Source: an uncultured Chloroflexia bacterium
Lineage (GTDB): Bacteria > Chloroflexota > Limnocylindria > Limnocylindrales > CSP1-4
Length of the DNA: 64,000 bases
NCBI GenBank assembly: GCA_963763775.1
Contig: CAVXPZ010000001.1
Location: 992,001-1,056,000, forward strand
Direction: 5' to 3'
Shown here: positions 44,093 to 54,584 of the stretch, piece after piece
How the letters are laid out: every line of letters starts with the position of its first letter
Numbering within the stretch: the first letter of the stretch is position 1
Notes under the pieces: generated by a model
What the model was told of the DNA's origin: nothing
The model's input: only the letters and a program-made list of their open reading frames with translations
Databases searched by the model: none
Made by a program: the position numbers and the translations under genes

Positions 44093-44895
44093 CCGACCTG
44101 GCATCGTCGGCAGCCGTCCCGGCCGGGTCCGAGCCGGCGCCGCGCGGCGCCCTCGGCCAGTGGCTGCCAGGCCCCCTGTTGTTCGCCCGGTTCGCGTTCC
44201 CGCCGAACCGGCTCGGCCTCTGCGGGCCGGAGAGCGGCGGGGCCCTTCCCGAGCTCGTGCGCACGGGCCGCATCGATCCAGAGCTGCGCCGCATCGCGCA
44301 AGGGTTCGAGGGCGCGTACCCATACCTCGAGATGATCGCGGCCGAGAACGACCTCGCGGATCCGCTCGACCCGCGCGTCGTCGAGGCGTATTGGCTCGGG
44401 AACGACCTGCTCGGCGGCGTGGGCCCTCGGGCGCGCCACGACGACCTCACGGGACGTTTTCGGGCACGAACGGCCCTTCGCGAATGGCCGTGGCTGGAAG
44501 CGAAGGCGGGATCCCCGTCGGTCGTCCACCACAGCTTCCACGTGCTCGAGATCCTGCCGCGGATCGGCCTGATCCGGGGCGGCCTGCCGCCCGCCATGAC
44601 CCGCGTCCTCGAGCGCTGCCTCGTCCGGCCGGCGAGGCTCGTCGCCGTGGGGCCCGAGTCGCTGGATGTCGAGCTCCGGCCGCTCGAGATGCTGGATGGC
44701 GCCCTGGCGTGGGGGGCGCCGCGGATCGAACGGCTGGAGCCACCGAACGGCGAGGGCTACGGGGACGTGCTCCTCCCCGGCGATGACGTGGCCGTCCATT
44801 GGGACCGGGTGTGCGGCCGGCTTGCGCCGCGACAGGTCGCGCGACTGACCGCGGTCACGGACCGGAACCTCGCGGTCGCGAACCAGACGATCTAG
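44089..44895 (+). CDS. DUF6390-like protein (hydrogenase-cluster associated)
   Basis: FARFAFPPNRLGLCGP, VEAYWLGN, HHSFHV, AVHWDRVC. Confidence 0.7.
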   Translation: MTDLASSAAVPAGSEPAPRGALGQWLPGPLLFARFAFPPNRLGLCGPESGGALPELVRTGRIDPELRRIAQGFEGAYPYLEMIAAENDLADPLDPRVVEAYWLGNDLLGGVGPRARHDDLTGRFRARTALREWPWLEAKAGSPSVVHHSFHVLEILPRIGLIRGGLPPAMTRVLERCLVRPARLVAVGPESLDVELRPLEMLDGALAWGAPRIERLEPPNGEGYGDVLLPGDDVAVHWDRVCGRLAPRQVARLTAVTDRNLAVANQTI

Positions 44896-45554
44896 ATCCC
44901 CGCCGCCGCGCGCAGGGCCTGACCGGCCGCCCACAGGTCGGGAACGTCGCGCCGCAGCCGGACCTCCTCGACCTGGAGGAGCCGCCACAGGTCGCCGCGG
45001 GCGAGCCGGAGCTGGTCGCTGTGCCGGTATCGGTCTGCGACGTCGGCGACGAACGCCGCATACCGAACCACCGGAGCCGCGTCGGCGACCTTCGTCTCGA
45101 AACCGGGCGCGTAGTCCACCGCGACCATGAGTCGGCCGAAGAACGCGCCGAGGTCCTGGGCCCCGATGTCCCAGGCCTGCGAATGGCCGCCGCGCCGCAG
45201 CAGCGGGGCCGGCGAGGTGAAGACCGCGACGGTCACGCCGTCCACCGAGCCGGCCGACAGGTGGCCGCCGAACGTCAGGTACTCGTTCGACACGGACAGC
45301 CGGTCGACGATCCGGATGAGGCCCCAGGAGAAGTCGGCCGCGACCGGCATCCGGTCGGCGTGGGTCAGCGTGGCACGGGTCCCGCGGCCGCCCGAGGTGA
45401 CCCAGTACTCCACGACCTCGGGGTCGTAGTGACGGAGCGTGGGCTGGTCGCGGAGCGCGACCAGCAGGTAGGCGGGCCCCGGCCGGTCGGGCAGGTCCGG
45501 CTCGGCCAGGAACCCCCACTCGGCGAGTCGCGTCGCGGCCTCGGTCAGCTCCAT
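44892..45554 (-). CDS. Hypothetical protein
   Basis: Strong coding codon bias; no family recognised. Confidence 0.65.
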   Translation of the reverse strand: MELTEAATRLAEWGFLAEPDLPDRPGPAYLLVALRDQPTLRHYDPEVVEYWVTSGGRGTRATLTHADRMPVAADFSWGLIRIVDRLSVSNEYLTFGGHLSAGSVDGVTVAVFTSPAPLLRRGGHSQAWDIGAQDLGAFFGRLMVAVDYAPGFETKVADAAPVVRYAAFVADVADRYRHSDQLRLARGDLWRLLQVEEVRLRRDVPDLWAAGQALRAAAGI

Positions 45555-45767
45555 GACCCCATCCTCGCACGGCCACCGGGCACGGCGAGGGCCGAAGGGA
45601 CCGTCCGGCCCGTGCCGAACGGGCGTCGGCCCGTCCGCATCGCCCGTCCCAACGTGACCTTCGACCCTATCGACCGCCGCATGTGGGCCCGAAGCTCAGG
45701 GCACGAACCACGACGCGTCCCCTCGGACGCCCGCCAGCACGTGCCACAGGAAGGCTCGGTGACCACG

Positions 45768-46472
45768 ATGATGACCATCCAGAACGTCATGACCTCCGAG
45801 GTGACGGCGGTCCACCCGGAGACGACGCTCAAGGACGTCGCACGGATCCTCGTCCAGCGCGGCATCAGTGGCCTTCCCGTGGTCGACGACGACGGCGTCG
45901 TCCTCGGCGTCATCTCGGAGGCGGACCTGCTCATCAAGGAGCAGGGGGCGACGGCGATCCCGCATCGGCGCGGCGCCCGGATCCGCGGCGAGTCCAGGAC
46001 CCACCACACGGCGCTCGCCAAGGTCAAGGCGACGACCGCCGGTGAGGCCATGACGTCCCCGGCGATCACGATCGAGCCCGAGGCGTCGCTCCCAGCGGCC
46101 GCGGCGATCATGGTGGACCGAGCCGTCAACCGGCTGCCGGTCACCAAGTTCGGCGTCCTCGTCGGGATCGTGTCGCGGGCCGACCTCGTCCGCGCCTACG
46201 TCCGCAGCGACGACCAGATCGCGGAGTACATCCGCTACGACCTCCTGCTCCGTCACCTGCTCGTGAACCCGGTCCTCTTCGAGCTGACGGTCAAGGACGG
46301 GGTGGTCCACATCGCCGGCCAGGCCGAGACCCGCTCGATCGCCGAGATGATCGACCGCCTGGTCGCCACCGTGCCGGGCGTGATCGCGGTCGATGCCAAG
46401 ATCACCTGGGCCTTCGACGACGGGCACGTCGCGGCGCCCGAGCGCGACCTCGTCTATCCGTCGTCCCGGTGA
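45768..46472 (+). CDS. CBS domain pair + BON domain protein
   Basis: ISGLPVVD, VNRLPV, then a BON-like domain (VKDGVVHIAG...VPGVIAV). Confidence 0.87.
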   Translation: MMTIQNVMTSEVTAVHPETTLKDVARILVQRGISGLPVVDDDGVVLGVISEADLLIKEQGATAIPHRRGARIRGESRTHHTALAKVKATTAGEAMTSPAITIEPEASLPAAAAIMVDRAVNRLPVTKFGVLVGIVSRADLVRAYVRSDDQIAEYIRYDLLLRHLLVNPVLFELTVKDGVVHIAGQAETRSIAEMIDRLVATVPGVIAVDAKITWAFDDGHVAAPERDLVYPSSR

Positions 46473-46477
46473 CGACG

Positions 46478-48465
46478 ATGATCGACCAGGCGCCGGTCAC
46501 GCCCCGCTACCCGGGGACGCGCGCGATCGTCGACGGTTCGGAAGCGATCGCGTCGGTCGAGACGCGCATCAGCGAGGCGGCGTGCGCCTACCCGATCACG
46601 CCGTCGACGACGATGGCCGCGATCTACCAGGCGGCCGTCGCCGACGGCCGCACGAACCTGTGGGGCACGCCGCTCCGGTTCATCGAGCCGGAGTCCGAGC
46701 ACTCCTCGGCGTCGGCCGCCGAAGGGTTCGCCCTCGCCGGCGGTCGCGTGACCAACTTCACGGCTGGCCAGGGCCTGATCCTCATGAAGGAAGTCCTGTA
46801 CGTGATCGCCGGAAAGCGACTTCCCGCGGTCTTCCACGTCGGGGCCCGCGCCCTGACCAGCCAGGCGCTGAACATCCACGCCGGCCACGACGACATCATG
46901 GGTGTCGCGGACACCGGCTGGGCCATGCTCATCGCCCGCAACGCCCAGGAGGCCGCGGACCTGACGGCGATCGCCCGGCGCGTCGCCGAGGAGACCGAGA
47001 CGCCGGTCTTCGTGGTCCAGGACGGGTTCCTGACCACGCATACGCTCGAGGACCTCCGGCTGCCCGAGGACGAACTGCTGCGGGCGTTCGTCGGCGACCC
47101 GCGCGAGCGGATCCGGAGCTACTTCGACCCCGACGAAGCCCTGATGACCGGCGTCGTCCAGAACCAGGACAGCTACATGAAGGGCCGCATCGGCCAACGG
47201 GCGTTCTACGACCGGCTCCCTGGAGCCCTGGCCGCTTCGATGGCGGAGTGGACACGCCTGACCGGCCGACCGTACGGCCCGATCGATGCCTACCGCTGCG
47301 AGGACGCGACCGAGATCGTCGTGGCGATGGGCACCATCGCCGACACCGCGGCCGCGGTCGTCGATCACCTGCGAGCCCGGGGCCGCGCCGTCGGGTGCGT
47401 GGCGGTCACCGCGTTCCGCCCCTTCCCCGCGACGGCGCTCGCCGAAGCGCTGCACCGCGCCCGGACGATCGGCGTCATCGAGCGCACCGACGATCCGGCG
47501 GCGGGCGAGCAACCCGCTCACCCGCGAGGTCAAGGCGGCGCTGTTCGACCTCGCGTCCGACAGCTGGCCCGCGCCGCGCGTCATGTCCGCGTCGGCGGGT
47601 CTCGGCTCACGCGACGTGACGCCGGGCGACCTCGTCGCGTGCTTCGACTGGCTCGCCGACCCCAAGGCCCACGACCGCCGGTTCGTCGTGCTCGGCGTCC
47701 GTCATCCGCTCGCGCTCGAGCGCGTGGACGGTCGACCTGACGCCCGCCGGGCGCCTACCGCGTGCGCGGCCACTCGATCGGCGGCTTCGGGTCGGTCACG
47801 ACCAACAAGCTCGTCGCGGCCGCTCGTCGGCGACCTGTTCGGCCGGCACGTCCAGGCCTACCCGCGGTACGGCTCGGAGAAGAAGGGCCTGCCGACCAGC
47901 TACTTCCTGATGATCGCGGACGCGCCGATCCACTCGCACGCCGAGCTCGACCACGTCGACTTCGTGCCGCTCCACGACGTGGCCGCGTTCCGGCAGGGCG
48001 ACCCGCTGAGCGGGCTGGTCGATGGCGGGGCGGTCTTCGTCCAGACCCCGCTCGAGCGACCCGGAGGCGATCTGGTCAGCCATCCCGGCCGAGGCGCGCG
48101 CCGAGATCCTCGCGCGCGGCATCCACGTCTGGCGCCCTCGACACGACCGCGCTCGCCCGCGCCCACGCGCCCCGACCCGAGCTGCTCGTCCGGATGCAGG
48201 GGGTTGCGCTCGTCGGGCGTCTTCCTGCGGGTCGCGCCGTTCGCCTCGCAGGCCGGCTTCGACCGCGAGGCGCTCCTCGGCGCCGTCCGGGTCCAGCTCG
48301 GCCGGTTCTTCGGCAAGCGCGGCGGGGCCGTCGTCGACGCCAACCTCGCGGTCGTCGACCGCCGCCTACGACCACGTCATCGATGTCACCGGGGCCGTCA
48401 CCGGTCTCGTGCCCCGCCCCGCCGCCGAGCTGGTCGCCGTCGGGACCGGGAAGGAGGCCGACTGA
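46478..48465 (+). CDS. Pyruvate:ferredoxin oxidoreductase (NifJ-type) N-terminal half; multiple frameshifts after ~47503
   Basis: YPITPS, ESEH, HVGAR, DGFLTTH; downstream frames give GHSIGGFGSVTTNK and YGSEKKGLPT. Confidence 0.82.
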
Positions 48466-48881
48466 TGGATCCCACCGTCACCCGAGAACTGGTCCGCGAT
48501 CTCATGACCGCCGACCCGATCATGGTCACGGCCGACACCCCGCTGCCGGAGGTGGCCGAGCTGCTCGAGCGGTCCGACATCAGCGGCGTGCCGGTCGTCG
48601 ACGACGCGGGCTCCCTGGTCGGGGTCATCAGCGGCACCGACCTGATGAAGGTCCGCGCGACGGACGACCTCTGGTCGAGGTGGCCCGGTCTCGCGGCCCG
48701 CCACCTCATGACCCACCCGGCGCTCACGGTCTCCGCGGAGACGCCGATCACGGACGCCATCCATCGGATGGAGGCCGAGCACGTCCATCGGCTCGTCGTG
48801 GTCGCCGATGACGGGCGGACGCCGATCGGCGTCATCTCGACGACGGACGTCGTGCGGGCCATGACCGGACGACGGGCATGA
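48465..48881 (+). CDS. CBS domain pair protein inserted between the PFOR halves
   Basis: ISGVPVVD, VHRLVVV; translationally coupled on both sides; similar to 37159-37596. Confidence 0.88.
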   Translation: MDPTVTRELVRDLMTADPIMVTADTPLPEVAELLERSDISGVPVVDDAGSLVGVISGTDLMKVRATDDLWSRWPGLAARHLMTHPALTVSAETPITDAIHRMEAEHVHRLVVVADDGRTPIGVISTTDVVRAMTGRRA

Positions 48882-50584
48882 CCGACCTGCTGAGCCCGCT
48901 GACGCCCGAGGACACGACCCTGCGCAAGCCGGTCGGCGAGCCCATGGAGGCCCACCAGGCGACGCTCGCCGGCACCGCCACGACGTTCGACGTCCACGGC
49001 TACGTCGACGACTTCAACAGCACCGTCATCGATGCCTACCGGCGCAATGTCGCCGATGGCGACCTGCCGGCGGACCGGGCCGTCGCGCGCAGCATCATCC
49101 CGCCCGCGACGGCGGCGGTCCGCGACTTCAGCGGGCTGGCGCCGCTCATCCCCGACGTCATCCGGGAGGCCTGCGTCGGCTGCATGACCTGCGTCAGCGC
49201 CTGCCCGGACACCGCCATCCTGGGGATCGCCCTGCCGGGCGGCACGCTCGAGGAGCGCACCGCCGCGTTCGTCGCCGCCACCCCGGCGCCAGACGCGGCC
49301 CGCGCGTCGATCGAGGCGCACTTCTCACGGACGCAGAAGTACGCCGAGGTGCCGTCGCGCAAGGGCCTCGAGCCGGCGTCGTTCGGGATCTTCGTCGACC
49401 CGATCCACTGCAAGGGCTGCGTCGGAGTGCGTCGACCGTCTGCCACGCGCTCGGGTACGACGCGCTCCGGATGGTCGACAAGACCGCGGTCGAGCCGAGT
49501 GGCGAGCGGGTCCTGGACCGCGTCGAGCGCGACATCCGCTTCTTCCGCACCCTGCCCACGACCCCGATCGAGTATCGCAACGAGAAGGCTCTCGCCGACA
49601 TCATGCTCGGCGAGCACGCGCTCGGGCTACGTCGGCGGTGCCGGATCGTGCTCCGGCTGCGGCGAGGCCACGGCGCTCCGGATGCTCGTCGCGGCCACCC
49701 GCCAGGTCCACGGCCCCGAGATCGATGGGCATCGTCGCCGCGACCGGCTGCAACACGGTCTACGGCAGCACGTATCCGTTCAACCCGTACCTCGATCCCG
49801 TGGACGAACTCGCTCTTCGAGAACGCCCCGGCGGTCGCGCTCGGGATCCGGGCCCGATGGGACGCCGGAGGCCATCGCGACCGACGGCTGTGGGTCGTCG
49901 GCGGCGACGGCGCGATGTACGACATCGGCTTCCAGGCGCTGTCGCGGATGGTCGCATCCGGCGCCGACATCAAGGTCCTCGTGCTCGACACGCAGGTCTA
50001 CTCGAACACCGGCGGGCAGGCGTCGACGGCCACGTTCGGCGGCCAGGTGACGAAGCTGTCGGCGTTCGGGAAGGCGCAGCACGGCCGGCCCGAGCGGCGC
50101 AAGGAGCTCGGCCGCATCCTGATGGCCCACGGCGATGTCTACGTCGCCGAGTCCACACCGGCCCACATCAACCACTTCTACCGGGCGATCATGGACGCCA
50201 ACGCGTACCCCGGGCCGGCCGTGATCATCGCGTACACGCCCTGCCAGCCGGAGCACGGGATCGCCGACGACGCGTCGAACCGCCAGGCGAAGCTCGCCGT
50301 GGACTCGCGCGCGTTCCCGCTCTTCACGTACGACCCGCGCCGCGGTCCATCGATGCACGAGCGGCTGTCCCTCCAGGGCAACCCGTCGCTGCGCGAGGAC
50401 TGGACGGCGCTCCCCGACGGGACGTCCGTGGACTTCCTCGCCTTCGCGAGGACCGAGGGCCGGTTCGCGCCGCACTTCGGGCCCGACGGGACGCCGACGC
50501 GCCGAGATCCTCGCGACGCAGGAGGACCGGCTCCTGAACTGGCGCGGCCTCCAGGAGCTGGCCGGCACGACGCCGAAGGCCTGA
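48878..50584 (+). CDS. PFOR C-terminal half (ferredoxin + TPP-binding domains); multiple frameshifts
   Basis: CVGCMTCVSACP, CKGC, SCSGCGE, ATGC, GGDGAMYDIG, YSNTGGQ, TPC across frames. Confidence 0.82.
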
Positions 50585-50692
50585 CGCCCGCGCTGGACCG
50601 CGTTTCGCCCGGCGCGACTTCCGTTTCGGTGATCATCCTGTTACCGTAGCCATCCGGTTACCGACCGCGGCGACGACACAGGAGGCTCCACC

Positions 50693-51100
50693 ATGGCCAG
50701 CGGCAGTGGCACACGCGAGGATCCCTGGGACCTGACGACCGCGCCCGGGACGTCGGGCTACCAGATGTGGCGCGACGAGGCCGCCGACCCGCCGGCGCTC
50801 GTCTGTCAGGTCGGCGGCACGCAGCTCCGCTACCAGCTCCGCTGCATCGACGACCTCCACGCGATGCTCAAGGCGCACGGCGACTGGATGCCGCTGGGCG
50901 GCGCCGACGAGCAGAAGCCGGCGCCCGACGGCAGCGTCGAGGCGTGGGGGCGCGCCGAGGGGAACCCGGTCGGCGGGTGGTACGGGCTGAAGAAGGGGCT
51001 CCGCGGCCGGTTCGGCGTCTACCTGCCGCCGCTGCTCGAGGCGCTCGGTCTCGCCGAACTCACGCACGACGCCAAGAACAACCGGATGCGCGCCATCTGA
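50693..51100 (+). CDS. Conserved hypothetical protein (DUF6855-like)
   Basis: AGGAGG RBS; Trp/Gly-rich motifs (NPVGGWYGLKKGLRGRF); family name from recall. Confidence 0.65.
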   Translation: MASGSGTREDPWDLTTAPGTSGYQMWRDEAADPPALVCQVGGTQLRYQLRCIDDLHAMLKAHGDWMPLGGADEQKPAPDGSVEAWGRAEGNPVGGWYGLKKGLRGRFGVYLPPLLEALGLAELTHDAKNNRMRAI

Positions 51101-51483
51101 TGTCCCGGCCGAACGCCGCCCGATCCCGAGGCCGGGCTCCCGCGCCGGCCCGATCGCCTGGTGGATCGCCGACCCGGGCTGGCGGCGACCCGTTCGATGC
51201 GCTCGGCGATCCGAACCGTCGAGCGATCGTGGAGCTGCTCCGCCCCGGCGGGCGGTCCGTCCAGGACCTCGCCGACGCGCTGCCGATCAGTCGGCCCGCC
51301 GTCTCGCGCCATCTGCGGCTCCTGAAGGACGCGGGGCTCGTCGTCGAGGAGCCCCGCGGGACCCGCCGCATCTACCGACTGCACGACGCCGGCGTGGAGG
51401 CGGTCCGCGAGTACCTCGAGCGGGTCTGGGGCGACGCCGCCGGACGGTTCCGGCTGGTCGCCGAGAACCGGCGCCGACCGTGA
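51100..51483 (+). CDS. ArsR/SmtB family regulator
   Basis: FDALGDPNRR, SRPAVSRHL. Confidence 0.88.
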   Translation: MSRPNAARSRGRAPAPARSPGGSPTRAGGDPFDALGDPNRRAIVELLRPGGRSVQDLADALPISRPAVSRHLRLLKDAGLVVEEPRGTRRIYRLHDAGVEAVREYLERVWGDAAGRFRLVAENRRRP

Positions 51484-51971
51484 TCGACCCGATCCGCCTC
51501 TCCTTCGAGGTCCGCTGCCCGCCGGAGCAGGCCTTCGAGACGTGGACGGCGCTGATCGACACGTGGTGGCCGCACGACCACACGGTCACGGCTGCGGACG
51601 AGCTCGCCGTCGTCCTCGAGCCGCGGCCCGGCGGTCGCATCTACGAGCGGACCGGCGCGGGCGACGAGTATGAGTGGGGCGAGGTGACCGTCTGGGAGCC
51701 GCCGACGCGGTTCGGCTACCTCTGGCACCTGCGACGGGACCGCGCGGATGCGACCGATGTCGAGGTGCGGTTCGTCGACGCGGGCGACGGGTCGACGACG
51801 GTCGAGATCGTCCACAGCGGCTGGGAGCGCCTGGGCGCCGAGGGCGAGCCGTGGCGCGACCGCAACCACGGCGGATGGGCCACCCTCCTCCCGCACTTCG
51901 TCGAGGCCGCGGAGCGCGCCAGCCAGGGCGACGCGGACTCAGCCCAGGGCGTCGAGCACCGCGTCGGATAA
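51480..51971 (+). CDS. SRPBCC (AHA1/START-like) domain protein
   Basis: WWP, WEPP, VEVRF, HSGW, GGW. Confidence 0.85.
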   Translation: MIDPIRLSFEVRCPPEQAFETWTALIDTWWPHDHTVTAADELAVVLEPRPGGRIYERTGAGDEYEWGEVTVWEPPTRFGYLWHLRRDRADATDVEVRFVDAGDGSTTVEIVHSGWERLGAEGEPWRDRNHGGWATLLPHFVEAAERASQGDADSAQGVEHRVG

Positions 51972-52772
51972 CGCCGGCCAGGCGTCCAGCGCCCATGGCC
52001 CGAACTCGCGGTCCGTCAGGACGACGAGCGCGATATCCGCCTCCGGGTCGGCCCACACGAACGTACCGGCCCCGCCGAAGTGGCCGTACGTGGCCGGGCT
52101 TGCCCGCTCGCCCATCCAGTGCGGCGACTTGCCGCCATGGAGCTCGGGTCCCAGCGCCCAGTCGCACGGGGCGAAGTTGCCGACACCCGGCACGACCCCC
52201 GCGAGTCCCGGGAAGGCGACCGTCGTGGCCGCCACGACGGTCGACGGCGCCAGCAAGGTGGGACGCAGGAGCTCGCCCGCAAAGGCGGCCATGTCGTCCA
52301 CGGACCCATCGAGGCCCTGCGACGGCCGGTCGACCAGGCGGGTCCGGCCCATCCCGAGCGGCTCGAGGACGTCGGACCGGACGATCGCCTCGAACGATCC
52401 GGGCGCCTCGCCACGCGACTCCGCCACGAGCCGACCGAGGGCGTCGTACCCCGGGTTCGAGTAGATCCGGCGACGGCCCGGTGCGGAGATCGGCGTCTCG
52501 CCCTCGAACGGCAGACCCGAGGCGTGGGCCAGCAGGTGGCGCACGGTCGCCCCGGGCGGCCCGGCCGGCGCGTCGAGATCGAGCTCGCCCCGGTCGGCGG
52601 CCATCAGGACGCTCCACGCGGTCACGAGCTTGGTCAATGAAGCGAGCCGGAAGACCTGCCCAGGATCGCCGTGACGCGCCACGACACCATCCGGGCCGAC
52701 CACGGCGGCGGCCGCGTGGGTCGCACCCCAGTCGTCGACGCGGGCCAGGACGCTTGCGAGCCGGTCGGTCAT
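51939..52772 (-). CDS. Serine hydrolase, beta-lactamase family
   Basis: SLTK, LLAHASG, YSN, GHFG. Confidence 0.88.
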   Translation of the reverse strand: MTDRLASVLARVDDWGATHAAAAVVGPDGVVARHGDPGQVFRLASLTKLVTAWSVLMAADRGELDLDAPAGPPGATVRHLLAHASGLPFEGETPISAPGRRRIYSNPGYDALGRLVAESRGEAPGSFEAIVRSDVLEPLGMGRTRLVDRPSQGLDGSVDDMAAFAGELLRPTLLAPSTVVAATTVAFPGLAGVVPGVGNFAPCDWALGPELHGGKSPHWMGERASPATYGHFGGAGTFVWADPEADIALVVLTDREFGPWALDAWPALSDAVLDALG

Positions 52773-52920
52773 GACCGGGATGCTACCGGCAGGACGGCGT
52801 CGACGGCCTCGGCGGCCCGGGCCGGCCCGCGGCGCGACGAACGCGAGCGGGACCTCCGGCGAGGGCCACCCGCCCGACCGTCGGGTGGCCGGACTTGCCC
52901 AGGGGCGTCACCATGTCGAC

Positions 52921-54528
52921 GTGTCGTCCGGCTGCCTCCCGAAGATCGCGCCGCCCTCCCTCATCCTCGGGCTGCTCGCCGCCGCGCTGATCTGGCCGGC
53001 GAGCGTGTCGGCGAACGAGTTCCCGTCGGGCCATACCGCGTACCACACGTACACCGAGGTGGGCACCGAGGTCGCGGCCGTCGCGGCCGCCCACCCAGAT
53101 ATCGTCAAGCGGTTCTCGATCGGCCAGAGCTACAAGGGCCGAGAGCTCTGGGCCGCGAAGATCTCCGACAACGTGGCGACGGACGAGAACGAGCCCGAGG
53201 TGCTGTTCGACGGCGGCACCCATTCCGATGAGCACATGGGCGTCGAGATGTCGCTGCGGATCCTGCACTGGCTCGCCGACGGCTACGGCACCGACGCGCG
53301 CATCACGAACATCGTGAACAGCCGCGAGATCTGGATCGTGTTCATGGTGAACCCCGACGGCGCCGAGTACGACATCTCGGGCGGCAAGTTCCACTACTGG
53401 CGCAAGAACCGCCAGCCGACCCCCGGCACGACCTCCATCGGGACCGACCTCAACCGGAACTTCGGCTATCGATGGGGCGGCGGCGGCCGGACCAGCTCGA
53501 ACCCGCAGGCGATCACGTACCGCGGCCCGAAGGCGTTCTCGTCGCCCGAGACCCGCGCCATGCGCGACTTCCTCGCCAGCCGGGTCGTCGGCGGTCGCCA
53601 GCAGATCCGTGCCGCCCTCTCGTTCCACGAGTCCGGCCGACTGATCCTGTGGCCGTACGGCTACACGCTGACGAACATCCCCTCCGACATGACCGTCGAC
53701 GATCACGCGGCGCTGGCCAAGATCGCGAAGCACATGGCCGCGTCCAACGGCTACCGGCCCGAACAGGCGAGCGACCTGTATGTCAGCTCCGGGACCACGC
53801 GCGACTTCGAGTACGGCACCTACCGGATCTTCTCGTACACCGTCGAGCTGTCCGTCACGGATTACCCGGGCGACGCGAAGATCGCCACCGAGACCGGCCG
53901 GAACAAGGAGGCGGTGCTCTGGTTCATGGAGCAGGCGTGGTGCCCGCTCGGCATCCTCGGGGCGACGGTGCGCACAGCCCGGTGCGGCGCGTTCGACGAC
54001 GACCTCGAAGTCGGGCGCGGGTGGGCCGTGAACCCGGACGGCACCGACACGGCGCCCGCATCCGGACGGTTCGTCCGTGCGAACCCCGCGACGACGACCT
54101 CGTCCGGGACGAAGCAGCGCGGCACGACGACGTCCGGCTCGAAGGCGTTCGTCACCGGCGCCCCGGCCGGGTCCACGCCGAAGTCGCACGACCTCGACGG
54201 GCGGACGACGGTGCGCTCGCCGGTCATCGCCCTCCCGGCGACGACGGGCCAGCGGCTGACCTTCCGGTACGTGTTCGCGCACGACGCGGCATCGACCTCG
54301 GCCGACGGGCTCAAGGCGATCGTCGAGCGTGGTGACGGGTCGACCACCACGGTGTGGAGCGTCGCCGGGAGCGCCCACGACCTCGATGGCGCCTGGCGGA
54401 CCGCGTCCGTCCCGATGGACGCCTTCGCCGGCGAGTCGGTGCGCATCCGGTTCGTGGCGACCGACGGCGGACCCTCGAACCTCGTCGAGGTCGAGATCGA
54501 CGATGTGCGAGTGACGCGCGGCTCGTAG
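52921..54528 (+). CDS. Secreted M14 zinc carboxypeptidase (carboxypeptidase T-like) with C-terminal beta domain
   Basis: HSDE, RKNR, DLNRNF, SFH, TVEL; start codon uncertain. Confidence 0.88.
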   Translation: MSSGCLPKIAPPSLILGLLAAALIWPASVSANEFPSGHTAYHTYTEVGTEVAAVAAAHPDIVKRFSIGQSYKGRELWAAKISDNVATDENEPEVLFDGGTHSDEHMGVEMSLRILHWLADGYGTDARITNIVNSREIWIVFMVNPDGAEYDISGGKFHYWRKNRQPTPGTTSIGTDLNRNFGYRWGGGGRTSSNPQAITYRGPKAFSSPETRAMRDFLASRVVGGRQQIRAALSFHESGRLILWPYGYTLTNIPSDMTVDDHAALAKIAKHMAASNGYRPEQASDLYVSSGTTRDFEYGTYRIFSYTVELSVTDYPGDAKIATETGRNKEAVLWFMEQAWCPLGILGATVRTARCGAFDDDLEVGRGWAVNPDGTDTAPASGRFVRANPATTTSSGTKQRGTTTSGSKAFVTGAPAGSTPKSHDLDGRTTVRSPVIALPATTGQRLTFRYVFAHDAASTSADGLKAIVERGDGSTTTVWSVAGSAHDLDGAWRTASVPMDAFAGESVRIRFVATDGGPSNLVEVEIDDVRVTRGS

Positions 54529-54584
54529 CGGCGGGTCCTGCCGGTCGTCACCGACCCGTCACGAACCACGGCTAGACTCCGGGC

